Shown here piece by piece: positions 1 to 9,535 of a stretch of DNA of 64,000 bases. The stretch covers positions 3,819 through 67,818 of the forward strand of contig CAIQCK010000103.1 in NCBI GenBank assembly GCA_903870275.1, given 5' to 3'. Position numbers and translations under genes: made by a program. Positions within the stretch are counted from its first letter, which is position 1; every line of letters begins with the position of its first letter. The notes beneath the pieces were generated by a model. That model was not told the DNA's origin. It worked only from the letters and a program-made list of their open reading frames with translations, and ran no database searches. This stretch comes from an uncultured bacterium (GTDB taxonomy: Bacteria > Verrucomicrobiota > Verrucomicrobiia > CAIQCK01).

Positions 1-132
1 TTGGAAGCCCGGGGCAAAACTGCCAGGCCAGCCGATCTGCCGGCCGACGACGCGCCGCCTGTCATCACGCTGCCCGCCACCCCGGCGTCAAAGACAAACG
101 CCTTGCCCAAGCGCAAGTAGCCGCGCGCCGCA

Positions 133-702
133 TTACAGTTTCACCGATGGCGCCTGCCGCTCAACAGCCGCTTCGATCTCGAAGAAATCCGCTGTCTGAA
201 ATCCGAAGGCGTTGGCGATGAATACCGACGGCACAGTCTGGCAGCGCGTGTTGTAGTCGCGGACGTTGGCGTTGTAGAACCGCCGCGCCGCCTGAAGGCG
301 GTCCTCCGTGTCCACCAGCGACTGCTGGAGATTCAAAAAGTTCTGGTTCGCTTTCAGTTCCGGATAGTTCTCCACCACCGCAAAGAGCGATTTCAGCGTG
401 CGCACCAGATTGTTCTCGTCCACCGCCTGGCTCGACGGCCGGCCTGTCGAGGCCACCGCCGCCGCGCGCGCCTGCGCCACCGCCTCGAACACACCGCGCT
501 CGTGCGCCGCGTAGCCGCGCACTGTCTCGACGAGGTTCGGGATCAGGTCGTAGCGCCGCTTCAACTCCGTGTCCACGTTCGCCCAGCTCTCGCGCACCAG
601 GTTGCGAAGCGACACAAGCTGGTTGTAGAGCGCCACGAAGATAAGCAGCGGCATCCCGAGAATGATCACCACGACGATGATGGGCAGGCAGTTGGCATTC
701 AT
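133..702 (-). CDS. lemA: LemA family membrane protein
   Basis: Translation from internal Met (MNANCLPIIVVVIILGMPLLIFVALYNQ...) shows N-terminal TM helix followed by conserved LemA core (NQLV..R..V...WANVD..LKRRYDLIPNLVETVRGYAAHE). Start codon chosen at 700-702 (ATG); upstream part of track ORF is Gly/Arg-rich and unlikely coding. Confidence 0.8.
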   Translation of the reverse strand: MNANCLPIIVVVIILGMPLLIFVALYNQLVSLRNLVRESWANVDTELKRRYDLIPNLVETVRGYAAHERGVFEAVAQARAAAVASTGRPSSQAVDENNLVRTLKSLFAVVENYPELKANQNFLNLQQSLVDTEDRLQAARRFYNANVRDYNTRCQTVPSVFIANAFGFQTADFFEIEAAVERQAPSVKL

Positions 703-1418
703 GCTTGTGCTCGCTCGCGGAGTTTGTCGAACAGGTAGTGCGGCAATCCTTCGACGAGGCTGCGCGCCAGATCGAGCGCCGCCGCCATCGTTTCCGGTTC
801 CCACGTCCGCTCGTCGAAAATCAAGATGGCCGAGCCGTTAAATTCGATGTGCCGGAACGGGCTGGCCAGCAGCCGCTGCATTGTCTGCGCGTTGATGATG
901 TCGAAGGCGATCTCGCGGTTCTCGGCCTTCACGTGGAAGACGCGGTTGAACTCCGCGCTCTCAAACTCCAGGTCGTGAAAGCCGACGAGATGCGCGGCCT
1001 TGTCGAGGAAGTTTTCCGGCCGCAGCCAGATCGCCGGCACGGGGTAGCTCAACTCCACAATCCCCGCCGAGCAGTAGGTGGTGTGCTCCTGCCGCTCCAT
1101 GTTGCCCTTGCTGTCGGTGGTGTAAGTGACCGTGGTGTATTGGAAATCGCATGCGCAATAGTTGCGGCCCTCCACCGCGCCGCGGATCACGTTGGAGGCG
1201 TAGCTGGAGTCGCCGCGCTGGAACAGCTCGAACTGCGCGAACGTGCCGGGCACGCCGATCGGGTCTTCGCCGCTGAACGCCAGCCCGCGTGCCGCCGCCA
1301 GTTGCGCCAGCGCCTGCCGCCGTTCCTGCGCGCGCTTGGCCGACCACCACACCAAAAAACCAACCACCGCGCCGATGGCGAGTATGAAGAACCAGAATGT
1401 GTTGCCGTCGAAAGGCAC
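699..1418 (-). CDS. LemA-associated membrane protein (DUF3137-like, hypothetical)
   Basis: 239-aa ORF with N-terminal TM helix (FWFFILAIGAVVGFLVWW); stop overlaps lemA start (ATGA at 699-702), suggesting translational coupling. DUF3137 assignment from recalled LemA-neighbour context, not verified. Confidence 0.5.
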   Translation of the reverse strand: MPFDGNTFWFFILAIGAVVGFLVWWSAKRAQERRQALAQLAAARGLAFSGEDPIGVPGTFAQFELFQRGDSSYASNVIRGAVEGRNYCACDFQYTTVTYTTDSKGNMERQEHTTYCSAGIVELSYPVPAIWLRPENFLDKAAHLVGFHDLEFESAEFNRVFHVKAENREIAFDIINAQTMQRLLASPFRHIEFNGSAILIFDERTWEPETMAAALDLARSLVEGLPHYLFDKLRERAQA

Positions 1419-1443
1419 GACGAAGCTGTAGCAAGCCTTGGCG

Positions 1444-3777
1444 CTATTTGCGAACCGAAATCAGCGCAGGTGGCACCAGGTTTTTCAGCCCGATCAGCGA
1501 GAAAACGTAGAGCGCGGCGGCGATCACCAGCAGCCATTGGTAGCCAACCACCAGCGAGAGGTATTCGAGCAGTCCGCCCAGCACCGCGCCCGCAATGTTC
1601 GCGCCGAACGCCAGTTCGGGCGACTTCGAGTTCCGGAACGAGCAGGCGAAGATGACGCCGGCGAAAAGAATCGGCAGACACATGACCACCGCGGACTTGG
1701 CCACTCGCAGCGCGAAGGTGTCCGCCAGAAGCCAGTCGAGTGGGATGCAGAGGTTGACGGCAAGGGCGGCGGCGAGTCCCGCGTAGTAGGGCCACATGCG
1801 TTGCGGCCGCGCCAGCAGGACGTACAGATTCGCCGCCAGAATCATCGCGAGAATCGCCGCGAAGACGATGGAGTTGACCAGCCAGGTGGAACCGAACAAC
1901 TGCGCCGCCTGGGTCACGCTTTTTGTCTCGATCAACATAAAGCCGGCTCCGAGGAAGAAGAAGTGCGGATTGACGCCGCGCAGCGTGCGGACCGGCGCGA
2001 AGACGGCCAGCAAGCCGAGCGAGAGGCCAAGCATCAGCGCCAGCCCCCGCCAGTTGTGCGCCGGGATGCGCGGCTCGCGCAAATAGAGGAACGGCCAATC
2101 GTCCTCGGGCAGTTTCCAGGTTTGCGACTCGATCAGGCTGGCCGATTTGAGGCGCACCGCCTCGCCCTCCGGCGCCGGTCTGCCTGCCAAATCGGCGGTG
2201 GTTGCCGTGAAGCCGTTGAGGGTTCGGTGGAAGTTCGGGTCCTGGTTGAAGAACAGAAAACTTCCGTGCTCGCTGAATTGTTTGCGAATCGGGCTGAGCG
2301 CATCGAGACCGCCGCCCAGCAGCATCGCCATGTGCATTCCCTCGCTCTCACTGTCGCGAATCTCGTCGCGCGGCGGCAGTGAAAGCAGCAGCGGCTCGCA
2401 ACCGAAGCTGTCGCGCATCATCCGGTGCAACCGGGCCACAATCCAGCCCTGGCGGTAGAAGTTGTAGGCGGCAAACACGCCACCGGGCTTCAAGTGCCGC
2501 GCGACGTCCGCGAACGCCTGCCGGGTGAACAGGAAATTTTCCAACCGGATGCTGGAAAAGCTGGAGTGCAACGTCAGCGAGTCCACGAGCGCATAGACGA
2601 TCAGGTCGTATTTCCGGTCGGTCGTCCGCAGGAAGGAGCGGCCGTCGTCAATAATCAACCGCACGCGCGGGTCGTCGTAAGGCCGGTTTGGGTGATGCCG
2701 CCGGCCAAGCCGCGCAATGGCCGGATCAATCTCCACCGCGTCAATGTGCTCCGCCCCTTGCGCGAGTCCGTGGGCCACGTCGTTGCCCGACCCGGCGCCG
2801 ATCACCAGCACGTCTCGAATCGGCGGCAATCCGGCGTCACGCCTCAGCAGATACGGCAACGCGTAGGCCGTCGCCGCCTTGGTGCGGTCCACCATGCGCT
2901 GGTGCGACAAATCATTAACCGAGATGTCCTGCGTCTCCGGCGCGTAACGGATGGAATAATAAGGCGACCAGTGAAACACACACACCGTCCCGCGCCAGCC
3001 CGTCACGCCGATGGCCACCAGCACAACGGCCAGCAGCGCCGTGTTCGAGACGGTGAGCCGCCCCGACGCCCGCAGAAAATAAATCACGCACGCCATGCCG
3101 ACGGCGAACCAGGCCACGGGCGGCAGTTCGCAATACGCCATCGCCCCAAACGCCACGATGCCCGCCAGGCTGCCCGCGATGTTGATGGTGTAGGATTGGA
3201 TGCGATTCTCGATCGCGGCGAGCTTGTTTCCCAAAATCTGGCCGAGCGCCACGAACCACAACGCAATCAGCGTGAAAAAAACGCCCATCAGCAACTCGAC
3301 CGGGATGACCAGTTTCGCCGTCGCCGCTCCCGCGAGTTCGGTGCCGAAGTAAACGAGTTGCGGGCTGCGCTGGTTGCCGACATCCACGCCCGCCAGCCAC
3401 GCGCTGCCCACGGCTGCATAGACCGCCAGCGCCGCCGCGCAGGTCACGCCCATCAGCGTCGGCAGATATGGCAGCACTTTCCACCGGCCGTCGCACGCCA
3501 GACAGCCGACCGACATCCCGACGAACGCCGCCAGCAGCACCGTGTTGGTGAAGAACGTCAGCGAAAAAACGTAGGCGGGAAACCACCGGATCGCGGCCAG
3601 TTCCAAAAACAGGATGGCGAAGCTGATCAGAAACAAATCGAACTTCGGGCGCGCCGCCGCCGGCGCCGGCGATGGCCGTCCCCGCGCCGCGCGCTGGGCC
3701 GCCAGCCACGCCCCCAAGCCGATCATCGCACCGCCCACCAGCGCAAAACACCAAAACGCGTCGCTGTCAAAATCCAT
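1444..3777 (-). CDS. polytopic membrane protein with central spermidine synthase-like (polyamine aminopropyltransferase) domain
   Basis: 777 aa. Multiple hydrophobic segments at both ends. Central SAM-binding Rossmann motif VLVIGAGSGNDV...IDAVEIDPAI...RLIIDDGRSFLR...YDLIVYALVDS typical of SpeE-family. Membrane-fused SpeE-like proteins are common in Planctomycetes/Verrucomicrobia. Confidence 0.75.
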   Translation of the reverse strand: MDFDSDAFWCFALVGGAMIGLGAWLAAQRAARGRPSPAPAAARPKFDLFLISFAILFLELAAIRWFPAYVFSLTFFTNTVLLAAFVGMSVGCLACDGRWKVLPYLPTLMGVTCAAALAVYAAVGSAWLAGVDVGNQRSPQLVYFGTELAGAATAKLVIPVELLMGVFFTLIALWFVALGQILGNKLAAIENRIQSYTINIAGSLAGIVAFGAMAYCELPPVAWFAVGMACVIYFLRASGRLTVSNTALLAVVLVAIGVTGWRGTVCVFHWSPYYSIRYAPETQDISVNDLSHQRMVDRTKAATAYALPYLLRRDAGLPPIRDVLVIGAGSGNDVAHGLAQGAEHIDAVEIDPAIARLGRRHHPNRPYDDPRVRLIIDDGRSFLRTTDRKYDLIVYALVDSLTLHSSFSSIRLENFLFTRQAFADVARHLKPGGVFAAYNFYRQGWIVARLHRMMRDSFGCEPLLLSLPPRDEIRDSESEGMHMAMLLGGGLDALSPIRKQFSEHGSFLFFNQDPNFHRTLNGFTATTADLAGRPAPEGEAVRLKSASLIESQTWKLPEDDWPFLYLREPRIPAHNWRGLALMLGLSLGLLAVFAPVRTLRGVNPHFFFLGAGFMLIETKSVTQAAQLFGSTWLVNSIVFAAILAMILAANLYVLLARPQRMWPYYAGLAAALAVNLCIPLDWLLADTFALRVAKSAVVMCLPILFAGVIFACSFRNSKSPELAFGANIAGAVLGGLLEYLSLVVGYQWLLVIAAALYVFSLIGLKNLVPPALISVRK

Positions 3778-3844
3778 TCTGAACCTCTAGCAGGCTGCCG
3801 TGCCGATTGCGAATCGAAATCGCCGGTGATACTCTCCCGACGCT

Positions 3845-4375
3845 ATGGAGATTTTCGCCATCGGCCACTCGACCCAACCGCTGGAGGATTTCGTGGCGCT
3901 GCTCAAGGCGCATGGGATCGAAACCCTCGCCGACATTCGCACGGTGCCCAAGTCGCGCTACAACCCGCAGTTCAACCAGGACCGGCTCGCCCTCGAGTTG
4001 CCGCGCGTCGGCATCCGCTACGTTCACCTCAAGAACCTCGGCGGCCTGCGCCACGCCCGGCCCGACTCGCAAAACCTCGGCTGGGAGAACCCGGGCTTCC
4101 GCGGCTACGCCGACTACATGCAGACGGAGCCGTTTGCCGCGGGGTTGAACGAACTCATCGAGATGGGCGCGCAAAGCCGGACCTCCATCATGTGCGCCGA
4201 GGGCAACCCGGCGCGCTGCCATCGCAATCTGCTGGCGGACGCGCTCACCGTGCGCGGCGTGACCGTGCTGCACATCTCCAGCCCCAAAAGCGCCCATCCC
4301 CACAAGCTCACGCCGTTTGCCTGCGTCGAAGGCACGCGCGTGACCTATCCGGGTTCGCAACCCAATCTGCTCTGA
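3845..4375 (+). CDS. DUF488 family protein
   Basis: 176 aa. Sequence MEIFAIGHSTQPLEDFVALLKAHGIETLADIRTVPKSRYNPQFNQD...MCAEGNPARCHR matches the conserved DUF488 signature (IGHS...DVR..P.S). ATG at 3845. Confidence 0.75.
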   Translation: MEIFAIGHSTQPLEDFVALLKAHGIETLADIRTVPKSRYNPQFNQDRLALELPRVGIRYVHLKNLGGLRHARPDSQNLGWENPGFRGYADYMQTEPFAAGLNELIEMGAQSRTSIMCAEGNPARCHRNLLADALTVRGVTVLHISSPKSAHPHKLTPFACVEGTRVTYPGSQPNLL

Positions 4376-4395
4376 CTTCGTCCATGTGTTTTTTA

Positions 4396-4490
4396 GTCGC
4401 CGACGTGTAGCCACCGACGCGTAGCCGCCGACGTGAGGAGGCGGAAAGGTCGTGACTGAAAAACATTCGCCTCCTTACGTCGGCGGCTAC
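4396..4490. repeat. REP-like palindromic element in mutS leader (imperfect 23-bp inverted repeat plus partial direct copy)
   Basis: Arms GTAGCCGCCGACGTGAGGAGGCG (4421-4443) and CGCCTCCTTACGTCGGCGGCTAC (4468-4490) are reverse complements (1 mismatch) around a 24-nt loop. A partial direct copy gtgtagccaccgacgc precedes at 4406-4421. A near-identical arm recurs at 27010-27033. Confidence 0.5.
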
Positions 4491-4574
4491 GGTTCGTCCT
4501 CGTCTCGTGCTACGCGTGAAAAAACGGGGCCAGTCAAAAATCCGTGTTCCATCCGTGTTCCATCCGTGGCTAAT

Positions 4575-7142
4575 ATGCCGCCAGTGACAACGACACCTGA
4601 TCCCAGCCTGACGCCCATGATGCAGCAGTATCGCCGCATCAAGCGGGAAATCCCCGCCGACGCGCTGCTCTTGTTCCGGCTGGGCGATTTTTACGAGATG
4701 TTTTTCGACGACGCAAAGTCCGGCGCGCAGACGCTCAACCTCACCCTCACCCACCGCAACCACGTCCCGATGTGCGGCATCCCGCATCACGCCGCCGAGG
4801 GCTACATCAGCCGCCTCCTGCGCGCGGGCCGCAAGGTCGCCATCTGCGACCAGATGGAGGAGCCGCGCCCCGGCCAGCTCGTGAAACGCGAGATTTCCCA
4901 AATCCTCAGTCCCGGCGCGCACTTCGACGGCCGGATGCTCGACGCCTCCCGCAACAACTACCTCGCCGCGCTCAGCACCGACGGCAAACGCTTCGGCTTC
5001 GCCCTCGTGGACCTGACCACCGGCGACTTCAGGCTGACGGAGCTGGACTCCGCCGAATTGCTCGCGCACGAACTGACGCGCACGCGGCCCGCGGAGGTCG
5101 TCGCGCCGGCGGCCAAGGTCGAGGAGTTGTCGAAGCTGCTGACCGATTCCCGCGTGATGATCACCGGCCACGAGGACTGGGTGTTCGAAAACCAGACGGC
5201 GTTCTTCACGCTGCGCGACCATTTCAAGACGCAATCGCTCGACGGCTTCGGCTGCGCGGGGATGACGCTCGGCATCGGCGCGGGCGGCGCGGCGCTCTAC
5301 TATCTCCAGAACGTCCTCCGCCGAAACGTCAGCCACATCCGCCGCCTGCAAGTGTATCAAACCGCTGAGTTCCTGGTGCTCGACTCGATCTCGCAGCGGA
5401 ACCTCGAACTGGTCGAGCCGCTCCGCCCCGACGCGCCAAAGAACTCCACGCTCTTCGCCGCGCTCAACCGCACCGCCACAGCGATGGGCGCGCGGCTGTT
5501 GCGTGAGTGGATCACGCATCCGTTGCGCAACGCCGAGGCCATCCGCGCGCGGCAAAAGGTGGTCTTCGAGTTCCACGACATGACCGACGTGCTCGCGGAC
5601 TTTCGCGACCAGCTCAGCCTCGTGCGCGACCTGGAGCGAACGCTCGCCCGGCTCACCGCCGGCAGCGGCAACGCTCGCGACCTGCTCGGCCTGAAGGAAT
5701 CGCTCGCCGCCCTGCCCCTCTTGAAGAGCATCGTCGAGCCGCTCGCCTCGCCGCTGGCGCTGACGTTGCGCGGCTCCATCATCGAACTGCCCGACACGTG
5801 CGACCTTGTCCAACGCGCCATCACCGACGAGCCGCCGTTTACGCTCAGCGACGGCGGCGTCATCCGCGAAGGCTTCAGCCCGGAGCTGGACGAAATCCGC
5901 CGCGCGTCCAAGGAGGGCAAGGAGTGGATCGCCAAGCTCCAGCAGGACGAGATCGAGCGCACCGGCATTTCGTCGCTGAAGGTCCGCTACAACTCCGTCT
6001 TCGGCTACTTCATCGAGGTCACCAAGTCCAACCTCGCCAAGGTTCCCGACAACTACACCCGCAAACAGACCGTCGCCACCGGCGAGCGGTTCATCACGCC
6101 GGAGTTGAAGGAGGTCGAGGGCAAAATCCTCGGCGCGGACGAGCGCGCGGCGAAGCTGGAGGTGGAGTTGTTCCATCAGGTCCGCGCGAAGGTGCTGGAG
6201 CAGACCGCCGCCATCCAACAGACCGCCTCGGCCGTCGCCCACCTCGACGTGCTGGCCGGCTTCGCCGAACTGGCGCGGCACCAGAACTACCATTGTCCGG
6301 AGGTCAACGAGGAGGCGCGCATCGAGATCCGCGACGGCCGCCATCCGGTCGTCGAGCAGCTCATGACCGAAGAGCGGTTCGTGCCCAACGACACCGTCAT
6401 GAACGGCTCCGAGGCGCGCGTGCTGGTCATCACCGGCCCGAACATGGCCGGCAAGAGCACCTACATCCGGCAGGTGGCGCTCTTGGTGCTCATGGCGCAG
6501 ATCGGCTCGTGGATTCCCGCTGCCAAGGCCACCGTCGGCATCGTGGACCGCATCTTCACCCGCGTCGGCGCCAGCGACGACCTCGTGCGCGGCCAGAGCA
6601 CGTTCATGGTGGAGATGAACGAGACCGCCAACATCCTCAACAACGCCACCGCCAAGAGCCTCGTCATCCTCGACGAGATCGGCCGCGGCACCAGCACGTT
6701 CGACGGCCTCTCCATCGCGTGGTCGGTCGCCGAGCACCTGCACAACGAGGTCAAGGCCAAGACGCTCTTCGCCACGCACTATCACGAGCTGACCGAACTG
6801 GCCCGCACCTGTTCCGCCGTCAAGAACTACAACGTCGCCGTCCGCGAGTGGAGCGACCAGATCATCTTCATCCGCAAGATCGTCGAGGGCGGCACCGACA
6901 AGAGCTACGGCATCCACGTCGCCCGCCTCGCCGGCCTCCCCCGCCCCGTCATCGAGCGCGCCAAGGAAATCCTCCGCAACCTCGAGGAGAGCGAACTGAC
7001 CCCCGAAGGCCAGCCCAAGATCGCCCAGCACGAGCACGGCCGGGGGAAAGCCGGAACGCGAAAGGCGAAAGGCGGAACCAAGCCCGCCAAAGTCAGCGAG
7101 CCGCCCCCGCAGATGTTTTTGTTCGGGGATAAGGTGAAATGA
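4575..7142 (+). CDS. mutS: DNA mismatch repair protein MutS
   Basis: Conserved N-terminal mismatch-binding region (TPMMQQYRRIKRE...GDFYEMFFDDA), Walker A GPNMAGKSTYIRQVAL, and STF.VEM / DE.GRGTST / TH(Y)HEL motifs. Start set at ATG 4575 (MPPVTTTP...); the upstream part of the track ORF covers the palindromic repeat. Confidence 0.95.
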   Translation: MPPVTTTPDPSLTPMMQQYRRIKREIPADALLLFRLGDFYEMFFDDAKSGAQTLNLTLTHRNHVPMCGIPHHAAEGYISRLLRAGRKVAICDQMEEPRPGQLVKREISQILSPGAHFDGRMLDASRNNYLAALSTDGKRFGFALVDLTTGDFRLTELDSAELLAHELTRTRPAEVVAPAAKVEELSKLLTDSRVMITGHEDWVFENQTAFFTLRDHFKTQSLDGFGCAGMTLGIGAGGAALYYLQNVLRRNVSHIRRLQVYQTAEFLVLDSISQRNLELVEPLRPDAPKNSTLFAALNRTATAMGARLLREWITHPLRNAEAIRARQKVVFEFHDMTDVLADFRDQLSLVRDLERTLARLTAGSGNARDLLGLKESLAALPLLKSIVEPLASPLALTLRGSIIELPDTCDLVQRAITDEPPFTLSDGGVIREGFSPELDEIRRASKEGKEWIAKLQQDEIERTGISSLKVRYNSVFGYFIEVTKSNLAKVPDNYTRKQTVATGERFITPELKEVEGKILGADERAAKLEVELFHQVRAKVLEQTAAIQQTASAVAHLDVLAGFAELARHQNYHCPEVNEEARIEIRDGRHPVVEQLMTEERFVPNDTVMNGSEARVLVITGPNMAGKSTYIRQVALLVLMAQIGSWIPAAKATVGIVDRIFTRVGASDDLVRGQSTFMVEMNETANILNNATAKSLVILDEIGRGTSTFDGLSIAWSVAEHLHNEVKAKTLFATHYHELTELARTCSAVKNYNVAVREWSDQIIFIRKIVEGGTDKSYGIHVARLAGLPRPVIERAKEILRNLEESELTPEGQPKIAQHEHGRGKAGTRKAKGGTKPAKVSEPPPQMFLFGDKVK

Positions 7143-8236
7143 ATGCCGTAGGCAAGATTGGAATGTTCTGCCTTCTCTTGGCGGCAGTGGTTGTTTCTTT
7201 CCTTACGGGCTGTGCAATTGCGCGAGTGCCATATGACGTGACGGTGAAGTATGCAGAGGTTCGTGGTAACATGATTAAGGAGGAGTTCCACAAACAAGTC
7301 CCCTCAGAAATCAAGACATTTGAAGACCTAACCAAGCTGCTGGACGCCTACGACAAGTTCAAAGGCGTAAAGCAGATGAGCTTCGAAGAAAGCGTCTGGA
7401 CCGATGAGGCTCGCGAGGCCATTCGCGGTTTGGAATTCAATCATAACACTTCAGCAGTTTTCTTGGTCGAGATAGTTAGGCGAGAGTTCGATTGCGAAGA
7501 CTTTTGCAAATTCGCCGCGGAACACAGAAACGCAACTGTGGAGTTACTTGATCGCCTTGCAGATCACCCCAGAGAATCTGTTTGGCTTCAAGTCACCAAG
7601 AATTCGAACGTGACCACAGAACTGTTGCGAAAGATATATTTCAACCCAAAGTCTAATTTCTATGTTCGCGGTTACGCAGCTCACAATCCAAAGGCTCCGC
7701 CCGAAATCGTCACCGCTTTTCTTCAGGAAGCGATGTCGAACACGGATCCAAGAAAGAGATGCTGGGCTAGCGGTTTTCCACGCGCGTCGTTATCCTTAGG
7801 AGATTATTCAAAATTGTCGAAAGACCTCGACAAACGCGTTAGAGATGCGCTGGCTAGAAATCCATCAGCGCCAATCTCCATGCTGGAGTCACTTTCGGAA
7901 GATGCTGACCCATATGTGAGCCGGCACGCCCGCGAAACAATTCAAAAGGTGAAGACAAATCACTTCACAAAGAAGGCTCAAGATTTTGTTTGCAGCAACA
8001 AAACGGTTCTTAATCTGATCGGCTCGGTGCCAGAATTTCACCAATTCGATACCAGTTCCTCTAAAGAGCCGTGCCCCGACGGCGGATTTGCGGGACACAC
8101 CTACTTCAGAGTAGAGACACCATCAGCGCACAAAGGCTGTTTGATCAAGATTAGTTGGCGATCCAAAGATTGCGAAGACGACTTCCAACCATTGGAAATT
8201 CAGGCAAACAGCAAAGTGATTTGGAAGACGCAATAA
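7139..8236 (+). CDS. lipoprotein with HEAT-like repeats (hypothetical); low-GC gene
   Basis: Signal peptide with lipobox (LLLAAVVVSFLTGC). About 5 degenerate HEAT/PBS-lyase-like helical repeats in the central region. ATG overlaps the mutS stop (ATGA). GC content visibly lower (roughly 45-48%) than flanking DNA. Confidence 0.65.
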   Translation: MNAVGKIGMFCLLLAAVVVSFLTGCAIARVPYDVTVKYAEVRGNMIKEEFHKQVPSEIKTFEDLTKLLDAYDKFKGVKQMSFEESVWTDEAREAIRGLEFNHNTSAVFLVEIVRREFDCEDFCKFAAEHRNATVELLDRLADHPRESVWLQVTKNSNVTTELLRKIYFNPKSNFYVRGYAAHNPKAPPEIVTAFLQEAMSNTDPRKRCWASGFPRASLSLGDYSKLSKDLDKRVRDALARNPSAPISMLESLSEDADPYVSRHARETIQKVKTNHFTKKAQDFVCSNKTVLNLIGSVPEFHQFDTSSSKEPCPDGGFAGHTYFRVETPSAHKGCLIKISWRSKDCEDDFQPLEIQANSKVIWKTQ

Positions 8237-8259
8237 TCTTCCACAAAATTCCTCACCCC

Positions 8260-9405
8260 ATGCTTATGAAACGAATCACCGCCACCACGGTCGCGCTTTG
8301 GTTCCTGACCTCCGTGCTGTCAGCCTCGGACGGGACGGCGCCGACCGATGTGCCGCAGATTCCGCTGTGCATGATCGGCGACAGCATTACCTGGGCGGGC
8401 GAAGGCGATTACTGGCGGCAGGATCTCCTGGAGCAGCTTCCCGCGCTGGCTTTTGTCGGCACGCACACGGCCAAGCTCGGCTACAGCCACGCGGGCGAAG
8501 GCGGCAACGGCACGCGGGCCGTGCTCGCGCGCCTCGGCGATATCCCGGATTGTCCATACTACTCGCTGCACATCGGCACCAACGACAACAACCTCAAGGA
8601 CGCGTCCGCCATCGAGTCGCACGCCGCCGCCACCGCGGACCGCATCGTCGCCATCGTGCAGGGGCTGTTGAAGAAGCCGTCGGTGCGAAAGGTGTTCCTG
8701 TGCAGCATTCTCCCCTGCCAGACGGACAACCCGTTGCGGGACCGGACCAACGCCGCGACCAACGTGGTGTTGCGACAGAAGATGGCGGCGTTTCCCAAGG
8801 ACAAGGTGGTTTGGGTGGAACTGGAGAAGCCCGTCCGCGCCATCGAGAACTGGGGTCCGATGATCAAGCTGCACCCGACGCAGGAAGGATACAAGGTGAT
8901 GGGGAAGCTGCTGGCCGATGCCATCGCCGCGGCCCTCGGCGTGCAGGATCGCGCCGCCGTGCCGAAACCGCGGCCCGGTTGCGGCGTGCGGGTGGAGAAT
9001 CTTTGGGACGGCGGCGGCAACGGTCGCACGCGTGCGCCGATCATCGCCGGCTGGTATACGGCGTCGTTCGACGTGGTGCGCGCGGCCGGGCCGAAGGCCA
9101 CGGTGACGATCCGCGGCGAACTTCCGCCCGCAAAGGACCCCAAAACCGTGCAGCACGCATTCAACCAGTCATTCCCCGTGGCCTCCGGGGACGCCGGCAA
9201 GCGCGTCACGGTCAACTTCTTCACGGAACACGAGGGCTACAAATACACGCGCTCGCCGTTGGCGTTGACGGCCTCCGGATGCGAGATCACGAAAATCCTG
9301 GTCGAGAAGCGGCGGCCATCCGGCAAAGCCTCCACCTACGGCCAAGGCTCGTATGTGGACACCGCGACCGCACCCCTGCCCGGCGAACTTGTGGAACGAC
9401 CGTAA
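8260..9405 (+). CDS. SGNH/GDSL-family hydrolase with C-terminal beta-rich domain
   Basis: Signal peptide (MKRITATTVALWFLTSVLSA), block I GDS motif (CMIGDSITWAG), GTND block III-like (HIGTNDN). Start at ATG 8260; ATG 8266 is an alternative. Confidence 0.7.
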   Translation: MLMKRITATTVALWFLTSVLSASDGTAPTDVPQIPLCMIGDSITWAGEGDYWRQDLLEQLPALAFVGTHTAKLGYSHAGEGGNGTRAVLARLGDIPDCPYYSLHIGTNDNNLKDASAIESHAAATADRIVAIVQGLLKKPSVRKVFLCSILPCQTDNPLRDRTNAATNVVLRQKMAAFPKDKVVWVELEKPVRAIENWGPMIKLHPTQEGYKVMGKLLADAIAAALGVQDRAAVPKPRPGCGVRVENLWDGGGNGRTRAPIIAGWYTASFDVVRAAGPKATVTIRGELPPAKDPKTVQHAFNQSFPVASGDAGKRVTVNFFTEHEGYKYTRSPLALTASGCEITKILVEKRRPSGKASTYGQGSYVDTATAPLPGELVERP

Positions 9406-9504
9406 ACGCTGGCGACAGATTTACCCGGCGCTGATAGAAATCTCTGCAAAAGCCGTTGTCCACACTGTAGCGGCGGTCCCATGAAAATAATAGCAAGTTT
9501 CTCT

Positions 9505-9535
9505 TGACATATAGAGAAAGTATCTATATGTTCTT
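9505..9535 (+). promoter_or_regulatory. candidate sigma70-like promoter (TTGACA-17-TATGTT) overlapping a perfect 8-bp inverted repeat CATATAGA-N7-TCTATATG
   Basis: AT-rich patch in GC-rich intergenic DNA. TTGACA at 9505-9510; inverted repeat at 9508-9515 and 9523-9530. No convincing downstream CDS: ORF 9542-10021 is Pro/Gly-rich low complexity. Confidence 0.3.

Noticed and set aside
1-120. 40-codon open frame running from the window edge to TAG at 118-120 (possible 3' end of an upstream + strand gene)
   Set aside because: Too short and featureless to support a call. In 65% GC DNA such open stretches are common.
2425-4410. 661-aa plus-strand ORF spanning the SpeE-like gene and DUF488 gene region
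   Set aside because: Low-complexity Arg/Pro/Gln-rich translation. It overlaps two well-supported genes (one on the opposite strand and DUF488 in another frame).
4308-7037. 909-aa ORF on the minus strand (and 541-aa / 198-aa ORFs in other + frames) overlapping mutS
   Set aside because: Antisense/alternate-frame shadow ORFs typical of high-GC DNA. Translations are Arg/Ala/Gly/Pro-rich low complexity, while the mutS frame has unmistakable conserved motifs.
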